Shown: in pieces, positions 52,374-61,843 of the stretch
Numbering within the stretch: the stretch's first letter is position 1
Layout of the letters: every line of letters starts with the position of its first letter
Source of the DNA: Phoronis australis
Lineage: Eukaryota > Animalia > Phoronida
DNA length: 61,843 nucleotides
Assembly: GCA_002633005.1 (NCBI GenBank)
Contig: NMRA01000063.1
Span: 479,081 to 540,923 of the forward strand
Direction: 5' to 3'
Notes under the pieces: generated by a model
What the model was told of the DNA's origin: nothing
What the model saw: the letters and a program-made list of their open reading frames with translations, nothing else
Databases searched by the model: none
Program-made: the position numbers and the translations under genes

Positions 52374-55216
52374 AGGAGAATGCCACCCAATTTAATTAGT
52401 TTTTGTTACCGCCTTAATCGGTCTATATCCACATCACCTCGTATACAGTCGATCTCACCTTGCCAAGAGGTGTCGGTTAACCTGTGAGGAAGGTGAGTAC
52501 CCAACGCAGCGGCATTAGTGGTTCTTCAGCTGAGTGTGTGCCCCTATACTTTTAATTCACAGGGCGGACATTAATATCTAAAGCGAGGCTCATTGGGATG
52601 AACATAGCGGAAGTTGACATTGCGTGTGTTATATGGCTGGTCTTTTGAGTCCAACCTGGATATTAAATCTTAAAAATGTGTCGATAATTAACCACAGACG
52701 TAGAAAAATACGTTAGAGAACAAGTCAATGCATCAAAAAGTTGTCTGACGAAAGGGTATAAGTTTTTTTTTCGGAAAACTACATTCGAAACATGAAAAGT
52801 AAAATATATGATCAAATTGTGGCGATCGTTAGTGTTATGGATTAGGTATATTCTGAATGCGGGGTTATGTTCTTCTTGTAAATTGTTGATAAAAATGCTT
52901 TCTACACGAACCAGGTCATCTGCTTGTATTTTTGACAAGTTGAAGATATATTTGACAGTGGCAGCTCATCGCATTTTGCTGTCATGTGCAAGTCACATCT
53001 GGTTTAATTTGTTGATCAAGAATATTAACATCAAGCATAGCCTATAGGTCCTGGTGAGGAAGAGACTACCGGTACTAACAGCTGATTTGTCATTGATCTG
53101 CAAGAATAATTGGTGTTATTAAAATTACTTTTTATTGAAATAAAAAACCAGGCTGGCAATTGATGCTACAAATTATTTGACCATCAATTCTGCTTTAATT
53201 CTTGGTTATAATAATTACATCTATTTCATGTGTTAGGTTTCAAGTATCAATATGGACAAAGTTGAATTGAAAGATTAAAACATCTAGTTCGTTCGTCCAA
53301 AGCATAACCTGAAAAAATAACCCGTCTCATTTTAGAGCTTAATGCCTATGCCTGAGGGGGGAATTTTCGCCGAGTGAGGGGGAATTCTACCTCCCGATCA
53401 CCATCAGTAGCATCCCTGCCCTGTTGCAATCCCTCACTAATAGGCTCTGTCTCAAGTAGAATTTTGTGCTCTTTCACATTGTCACCTATGTGGTTACAAG
53501 TGATTTGAAATTCCTTGGGAAAATTTTCAGTGACTTTAGGGGAATTTTTAGGCCTCGTGAGGGTAATTTTGCATGATTTTTCAATATTTTTGAGAGGGAA
53601 TAGGGCCGATATTCGGCCCCAAAATTGAGAGATTGAGAGCCCAGTCCTTTTTGGAAAGAAATGGATCACGTTTTAACCTGTAGTCATGAACTAAACACAG
53701 CCTGGCTGGCTGAAGACGGGTTGTTGCTATGATGCTTGGCAACTGAGATACGACAAAATGTGACCAAACTTTAAAAAACATTTATCAAAGTACCTGGAAA
53801 TATTTTCCTACGTCGCGGCGGCATATGGCAAAGATCCAACGGTTCCGAATCTCAACGTCTTTAGGGATTGTAATGAATGAATGTCCGTATTTTTCTATCG
53901 CCGTTCGAGCAACGTGGAACACAACAGTGTCGATTAACCATTTAACTGAGCTATCATAGTGAGCCTCGTTTTGGAGCGCGCTTCTTGTCTGCGTGAATTA
54001 GGCGTATGTGGCGTATTGTTACCACATGTGCGAACCATGAAGCTGCAAGGAAAGCGGGTATATCGTTTTTTTTGATTTCCTCGAGAAACAGCAGTAAAGA
54101 ACAAGAAGTACGCCATTAATATCAAGAATGAGGCCGTGAAATATTTACGTTTCTGTGGCCGGCATTGTTTTGTTTCAAAATGAATTGTTCTCACCCTAAC
54201 CATTGTGTATTTGAAAGTAAAAATAAGTGTCAAAGACGGTCTCAGTAGATACACTTAGTGATGCCATAGGAGTGTTAGTTATTGCAAATGTTTTGAGATA
54301 TCAACAATGAATAAATCATACTCTTCAGATGCAATAACTGACCGGGCACCTGAGGCCGTGTGAGAGCATGCTAATTTAGTATTTGCTGACAGAAAGCTGT
54401 TGTAAAGCTATAACTTGATTTTATATGCTACGGTTGGATGTTAGAGGAATCTTTATTTATGTTTGTGTGTGTGTGTGTGTGTGTGTGTGGGTGTGGGTGT
54501 GTGTGTGGGTGTGTGTGTACATTATTCAAATTGTTGTTATTGTACTCCTTTTCCCAGTGCGGTCATCTGTGCATGGGGAACCTGACATTGGTCCCCCGAC
54601 GAGTAAGTGGATTTGAAATTTCGCAGTTTTTTTGGTTAACTAGTTGACTAGTCTTTTCGTGACTGGAAGTTTAGCTTTCAACTTTTGCAGCCCACTAACC
54701 CGGCTGGTTTATGTTCGTAATGTGTCCAGTCCCGACTGCGACGGGTGATAATGAGCGTTTTGTGTTTAGTACTGAAAAAATTCGCAAGTCTAAGGTTACT
54801 ACACACGGCTATGTGCTTCTGTCTGTATTTCACGAAAGAATAATTCTAATTTATCACCGAACACACTCAGAAGTTCCCGCCACTGACCTTGGTAAGTTGA
54901 CGTACCAAACTTTGTCCATAACAGCGAAATAAAACAACACAAGTGTTTAAAATCTCACTGCATGTGTAAGGGTTTTACATCAAATTTTAATGGTTTATTG
55001 GATGTGTAAAACTCTGAATTCAAGCAATAAGCTGACACCAGTAATCGTCTTGGAAACTACTGAGCAGACTGTGTTAGAACCTGTGATGTCATTAGTTAAT
55101 ATTAGCTCCCCCGTCTGCTGTATGGTGTCAGGTAAAGAACTGAACTTGCTGTTATTGTGTGGAACTACTTGATCTAAATTGATACAAAATATGTTGTTTT
55201 TTGGTGGCATTCTCCT
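52374..55216. mobile_element. Non-autonomous Kolobok-like DNA transposon (2.8 kb)
   Basis: Perfect 14-bp TIR aggagaatgccacc / ggtggcattctcct flanked by TTAA (52370-73, 55217-20). Confidence 0.85.
54464..54518. repeat. (GT)n microsatellite
   Basis: gtgtgt... with a few gg interruptions. Confidence 0.95.
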
Positions 55217-55248
55217 TTAATAGTTCTATTTTATTAAATACATTACAG

Positions 55249-55395
55249 ATGACCTTTGGATTATCTCTCACGATTTGACCTTTGACTTCGGACGCACCTT
55301 CATTGCCCGTAGTGGATATTATGGCCCTAACTCTGAGACTGAAGTTTTGATTAAACCTGTGGCAGGGTTCTCATCGTCTAATTGGCCAGACAACA
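55249..55395 (+). CDS. ZGRF1: ZGRF1 exon (DDLWIISHDLTF...TFIARSGYYGPNS...GFSSSNWPDN)
   Basis: tacag acceptor phase 1, A|gtaagt donor; DLW.VS..L.F...FIA.S.F.GP motif. Confidence 0.9.
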
Positions 55396-55838
55396 GTAAG
55401 TACTGTACCATGCTGTACTAGAGACCCTAACAAGAACTTAATTTTCATGAACACTTTCCTTTCAAAGTAAAGCCCAGCTATTGGTTATTAATTCAATGGG
55501 TGTTATATAATACAATAATGTCATCCTTGAGGATGACTAGAATGGGAGGAATAAGGAGTCACTAAATTATGTCTGCCTGCAGGTGTTATTTTGTTATGGT
55601 GACACTGCTCCAACCTATAGGTGTTTTGTTGATAATGATAATCTCGTTTAAGTAGCGCTTGGGCACTTTATGATGAGTTTTTAGAACTGTGTCCTTGTGA
55701 TTTAAAATATGCCACAAGTTTGGCAGCCCATTTAACAATAGCTGTTCTCTAATAATTCTTTCTCATTAAGATAAGGACCAACTACTATTAAGAAGGGGTC
55801 CTTTCACCTGACCCTAAGAATGCCTCTTTCTGTTTCAG

Positions 55839-55950
55839 GTGTGTGCCATGCTATTCACATGGGCAACACCTGCTCAGAGCTGATGTGCCTGGACACCCTA
55901 CAGGACCTGTCACCTCAGGCTCTACCTCTGTTGCCACACCTTCTGTCCAG
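55839..55950 (+). CDS. ZGRF1: ZGRF1 exon (SVCHAIHMGNTCSELMCLDTLQDLSPQALPLLPHLLS)
   Basis: tttcag acceptor phase 1, AG|gtattc donor phase 2; HA....N...EL..L...LPL...LL motif. Confidence 0.87.
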
Positions 55951-56219
55951 GTATTCGCCACACAGTATGGTGCAACATTGAAATTACATTTTGTCCATTT
56001 TGTCAATGTAAACAATTGGGAATAAAAGGTTCTCCATGGTTATCATATCTTTTGTGAAACTTGGTATTTTTAGCAATACATGTGATAATGTTGGGTGAGA
56101 TGATGTTGGGTGAGATGATGTTGGCTGAGATGAGTGTTAATAGAAAGAGATAACCAGGACTGGTTATCTCTTCCTGCTGTTAGTCATATGTTTATGGACA
56201 GATGTCCTTTGTTTTTCAG

Positions 56220-56272
56220 AAATGCCACAACTGTAAGACGCCCAAACTGCCGGTTTTCCACTCCAGCTCAAA
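56220..56272 (+). CDS. ZGRF1: Probable ZGRF1 exon (RNATTVRRPNCRFSTPAQ); gene continues past the window
   Basis: tttttcag acceptor in the required phase 2; candidate donor A|gtaatc. Confidence 0.55.
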
Positions 56273-56364
56273 GTAATCCAACATACATCCTGCACACTAC
56301 AAGTGATGTCATTGTGAGCGTTCCATTTCATGAACTAGAAAGCACCCTTTTGCTGCGTGTCATT

Positions 56365-59300
56365 TGTTACGCACCTACATATTTATATTTGGTGGCATTA
56401 TGCTGTCAACTCTGTCCATCCGGCATCTGTCCAGCGTCCGCTGCTCTATCTACAAAATTCTATGATGTATGTTCATGAAATGTGTTCCTTTCATGGATGG
56501 TATGGCATGAGTGAACTTTCGGATGGATCCGACTACCAGTGTGCCCCCTTGTGGCAATTTAAGTGTTTTACGTTTACCTCTGTATCTTCAGAGGTGCTTG
56601 ACGTATTTTCATGAAATTTCATGGCATACAGGTGTCTATTAGTGAAATGACGCAATCCCTTCATTTGCGGGTGAATTTGAGGTATTTTGCGCCACCTAGT
56701 GACAACTTTTACTGTTTTCAAGTCTGTTTTGGCATCTACCCCTCTATCTACCAAACCACTTCAAGGATGATTGTGAAAATTGGCATTTATGCTCTTACTA
56801 TGAAGAAGATGGCTGACGATGATTTTGCGATGACTTTGACTATTGTGGCACCTCCTAGTGGCAGTTTTTTTGCACCCGATATCTGTATCTCCAGGATCTG
56901 TATTAAATTTAGTAAGTGTATTCATAGGAAGTTGTCAACAGACGACGATGACTTTCAGATGGATCCGCCGAACACTGTGCCCCACTGTGGCAATTCCGTC
57001 TTTTTTCTGTTTTCCCGTTTCTCTGAAGTTCCTTTACGGATTTTTATGAAATTTAATAAATAGGATTCTACTTAAAAACGGTGACATGTTCCCGTTTTCA
57101 AATGGAATTGACTTATTTTGCGCCATCTAGTGACCATTTTTTATTCACCCACATATTTATATGTGGACGCATTATGCCGTCCGTCCGTGCGGCGTCCGTC
57201 TGTCTGGCATCTGCTGCTCTATCTCCAAAACCCTTTGATATACGTTCATGAAATTTGGCACACAATTATGTTCCTCTCATGAATGAGACGGCAGGAGCGA
57301 ACTTTCAGACGGATTTGACTACCCCTGTGCCCCCTAGGGGCAATTTTAGTTTCTTACGCTTACCTTTGTATCTTCAAAAGTCTCCTATTAGTGAGATGAC
57401 GCTATCCTTACGTTTTTGGATGGATTCGACGTAGTTTGCGCTACCTATTGGCTGTTTTTACTGTTTTTGACTCCGTTTTTTGTGCGTCCACCCCTCTATC
57501 AACCAAACTGCTCAAAGGATGATTGTGAAAATTGGCATGTATGTTTTTACTATGAAGTGGACATTTGACCATATTTTTTGACGACTTCAACTACTGTGGC
57601 GCCTCCTAGTGGCAGTTTCGTTTTTTTGCGCCTATAGCTGTATCTCCTAAACCGTTTGCAGGATCTTTACGAAATTGAATAAGTACATTTATGTGGTGTT
57701 AACAACGGACAACAACGACTTTAGACAGATCTGACTAATGGTATGCCACCTAGTGACAATTTTATTTTTTTTTACGTTTACCTCTGTATTTTCAAAGGTC
57801 CTCAATGTATTTTCATAAAATTTGTCATATAGGCATGTATTATTGAGGTGTCGCTATCTCTCTGTTTTCAGAGGGATTTGACCTAGTTTGCGCCACCTAG
57901 AGGCCATTTTTACTGTTTTGGAGTCTGTTTTTTTGCGTCCACCCCTCTGTCAACCAAACCGCTTTCAGGATAATTGTGAAAATGTGAATGTTTGTTTTTA
58001 CTATGAAGTGGACGGCTGTCGATGATTTTCCGACGAGTTCGACTACTGTGGCACCTCCTAGTGGCAGTTTTGTTTTTTTGCGCTCATGGCTGTATCTATT
58101 AAATCATTTGCAGGATCTTTACTTAATAATAGCAAGTACTTATATGATGTTGACAATGGATGACAATGACTTTCGGATGGATCTGACTTGTGGTGTGCCC
58201 CCTAGTGGCAATTTTAGTTTTTACGTTTACCAGTCTGTATCTTCAAAGGTCCTCAACAGAATTTCAGAAAATTTTGGATATAGGCATCTATTGGTGAGAT
58301 TTCGCTATCATCCTGTTTTTGGATGGAATCGAGGTATTTTGTGCCACCTCATGGCCATTTTTTGCTGTTTTCAAATCTTGTTTTTGGCGTCCACCCCTCC
58401 ATCAACCAAATCATTCTAGGGATTGTTTTGAAAATTGGCGTATATGTTTTCAGTGTGAACAGGACGTTTGATGATGGCGACTGACTACTGTGGCACCTCC
58501 TAGTGGTTGTTTTTATTTGTTTTACACCCATAGCTGTATCTCCAAAACCCACTGCAGGATATTTATTAAGTTTAGTAAATGAATTTGTATGAAGATAACA
58601 GACGACTTTCAGGCGGATGGAACGGACGCTGTGCCCACAAGTGGAAATTTCATTTTGTTCTGTTTTCCTTTGTTTCTCTGAAGTTCCTTGACAGATTTTT
58701 ATGAAACATGGCATGTTCCCATTTTTGGATGGATTGTACGTTTTTGCGCCATCTAGTGGCCATTTTTATGATACAAATAACCCCAAAAGCACATCATTTG
58801 TGATGCATTCATGGGCGCATTTCAACGGTCCGCGTTGCTCTTGTTACTGATTTTATTTGATTTTTTGACGTCCACCCCTCTATCAACCAAACCGCTCTAA
58901 AGATGTTAGTGAAAATTGGCATGTATGTTCTTAATACGAAGGTGGCCATGATTTTCGGATGGCCTCGACTAGTGTGGCGCCTCCTAGTGGCTATTTTGTT
59001 TTTTTTCACCCATGGCTGTATCTCCTAAACCGTTTGCAGGATCTTTGCTAAATTTAGCAATTGTACTTACATGTTGTTGTTAGGTTTGTTAGGTATTCCC
59101 GCTAGGGGGCAGTTTTGAGTTTTATTGAGGAGTTCTAGTTGGTCGTCGATAGTGAGCAGACGTCATGATGTGTCTGAACACTAAGGCTGGACTGTAATAT
59201 TTTTGTGGACTTATGGAGTCAACGGAACACGTGAGGACGCCTTGGTGATGAAGACTGAAGATGCCGCAAGTTTCAAGTTTTGGACTGTTGGTGCTGACGT

Positions 59301-60567
59301 TTGACCATGTCTTTGTCCCAAGTTTCGCGTAACTTGTTGTCATGTTGTTTGTAAATATGTAAATAGATATTAATTTAGATCAGGATAACTGTAAATTGGT
59401 TCTTTTTGTTTATATTACTGTAACAGTTGTTAACAACGGATGACTTCCAGTGTGCCCCCTAGTGGCAATTTTAGTTTTTTAGGTTTACCTTCGTATCTTC
59501 AAAGGTCCTCAATGGATTTTCAGAAAATTTGGAATATAGGCATCTATTGGTGAGATGATGCTATCCTCCCATTTTCGGATTGAATCGAGGTACTTTGCAC
59601 CACCTAGTGGCCATTTTTCTGTGTTTTGTTCTGGTTTTGGTGTCCACCCGTCGGTCAACCAAACCATTCTAAGGATGATTTTGAAAATCGGCGTGTATGT
59701 TCTCAGTGTGAAGAGGACGGTTGACGATAACGAATTCGACTACTTTGGCACCTCCTAGTGGTAGATTTGTTTTCTTTTGTGCCCAAAAGTCCCTCTCCTA
59801 AACACACTGCAGGATCTTTATTAAATTTAGTAATTGCATTTATATGAAGCTAACAACAGACAACGATGTTTTTCAGGCAGATCCAATGAACACTGTGCCC
59901 CATAGTAACAATTTAATTTTTTTCATTTTCCTTTGTTTCTCTGAAGTTCCTTGCCAGATTTTTACGAAATTTGGTAAATAACTTTCTATTAATGAAGCGG
60001 TGGCATGTTCTCGTTTTCAGATGGATTGGATTTTTTGTGGCTATTTTTATGAAACAAATAAACTTCCCTAGAAGCACACTGTTTGCATATTTCGTGGGCG
60101 CATTTCAACTCTCTGCGTTGCTGTTGTACTGTTTTCTAATCTGTTTTTGATGAAAATTGGCATATATGTTTTTAGTGTGAAGGGGACTGTTTGCGATGAT
60201 TTTCCAACAACTTTGACTGCTGTGACGCTTCTTATTGGCATTTTTTGCACCCATAGCTGTATCTCCATTGCAGGATCTTTTTTAAATTGAACAGGTGTAT
60301 TTATATAAAGTTGACAATGGATGGTGATGACTTTCGGCAATTTCATTTTTTCCATTTTCCTTTGTCTGAAGTTCCTTGACAGATTTTTATGAAATTTGGT
60401 AAATAGCTTTCTATTAAGGATACGTGGTGGCATGTTGCCGTTCTTGAATGGATTCAACGTATTTTGCGCCGTCTAGGGACCATTTTTCTTATACAAATCA
60501 ATATCTCTAGAAGCACACCATTTGCGATGCATTCGTGGGTGCATTTCAACGTTCCGCATTGCTCTTT
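56365..60567 (+). mobile_element. Multi-nested cluster of HINE family 1 copies
   Basis: Heads at ~56366 and ~57140; tails at 58845, 60127, 60567. Confidence 0.8.
59078..59425 (-). mobile_element. Solo LTR (348 bp) inserted in a HINE
   Basis: TGTTA...TAACA ends, 5-bp TSD gttgt (59073-77, 59426-30), AATAAA on - strand at 59121-26; HINE consensus resumes across it. Confidence 0.75.
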
Positions 60568-61843
60568 TAATAGAATTTTGATATATCTCCGTTCTACTAC
60601 AATCAGTGAGCATATTTTTTGATTTAACATAATAACATTTTCGATTTTTCATATTTTTAAAAAGCACACCAAAATGACCTGTCATGATATCCGTATTAAG
60701 AGGAGTCATGACATAGTAATTGTTCATGTATTTAGCATGCAGTATGGCTGGCAAGTGAAATTTTATTTTTGTCAAATTTCTCCACAAAAGAAACGATTAA
60801 TAACGTTTTAGTCCATTACAAGCATGGTTTGCTGTGTGTTGATGTCATTTAACAATATTTTGGTAAAGTTTCCCTTATTTGCAGCAACGACTATTTAATT
60901 TTTGTCATTTATTTTTGTGTAAAATAAGTGGTGATTTATTGTTAGCTTTTCATGACCATGAATAATATCAGGAAGAGATAACCAGGAAGGGACAACTGTT
61001 TTAGCGCATTTTAACGTGATTTCAAACGTGATTTCAAAAGTAAATGTTCAAGTTATCTGGAATCCAAGCATTATTTTTGAAAGATTAACTCTTTAGCTAT
61101 AAAATGACACCACTTTGGTCCTCAAAGACTGCATATTACTGGCACTGGGATGCTTTGAACGTGACATGTTTACCCTTCCAAAAGATGCTTCTTCCCAGGC
61201 ATGTACTCGGGCATGAGCCTCTTTTTTGAACCAACAGATGTCACTAACATATGCAAATGAGGCTCGCATCGCTACGTCATACGACGTCATACGGCGCGAG
61301 CTTCCAATTTGAAACGTCAGGTGCCTATAGTGTATGACTTGAAACGCAGTAGTCTACTTGATCGGGTATATCCTAGTATGATTCCAAGAAAACTAAGAAC
61401 TCACCCAAGTCAATGTTCAAAGAACATTGAGTATGGTTTCACATGAAAATACATTTAATTGTATTTGGATACGCTTGCGTGTGTGTATGCGTGGACTTTG
61501 TCATTTTAAAAGCAGAAATTCAGTAGCGTTAGCCCTAAGCCACGGTGGCCGGTGTCGTGGCGGTCCCCGGGAAGTCTGATCCATGCACGTGCAATTCGAT
61601 GAACTAATGCTAGTCGCTGGTCAGCTCCGCTACGATTCATTTGGGACGTGCGGCTTAGCTCGAACCTATGCCCGTTTTCTGGCTCCAAAGATCGTTTTTT
61701 GATCCCCAACGGTTTCGGGAAAAGTTCATTTTAATAGGGTCATTCCCTGAAGATTTTTTTGAAAGGTATGGTCCCCGAAGTCCTTGGCCTATAGAGCTCA
61801 TCAAAATTCCTTGTTGAAACACGGCCACTTGTCCAGATTCTGC

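Noticed and set aside
23116-59758. Recurring ORFs like MIVKIGMYVLTM...TTVAPPSGSF suggesting a protein family
   Set aside because: They are readings of the non-coding HINE 451-bp unit; frames break differently in each copy.

Overview
Eukaryotic (marine invertebrate, probably mollusc/lophotrochozoan; inference from repeat types) genomic DNA. Most short ORFs in the track are spurious. Two spliced genes are arranged head-to-head. (1) A + strand ZGRF1 (C4orf21/Mte1-like) ortholog starts at ATG 18408; exons are traceable to ~56272 (N-terminal DUF2439, long low-complexity linker exon, GRF zinc finger, conserved pre-helicase region), and the helicase exons presumably lie past the right edge. (2) A - strand gene of unknown identity starts at ATG 14524, has a very acidic internally repeated exon at 4678-5310, and runs off the left edge. 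The introns are packed with mobile DNA: two decayed L1/Tx1-type LINEs, TTAA-flanked Kolobok-like elements, TA-flanked Tc1/pogo-like elements, a solo LTR, MITEs, a tRNA-like cloverleaf and many minisatellites. The most striking component is ~12 kb of a non-autonomous Helentron-like (HINE/DINE-1 type) family. Its central array is a ~451-bp trimer of ~150-bp monomers, each carrying a co-oriented CTCF-consensus motif. Copies nest inside each other and all lie on the gene's sense strand. A second HINE-like family carries paired YY1-like motifs.
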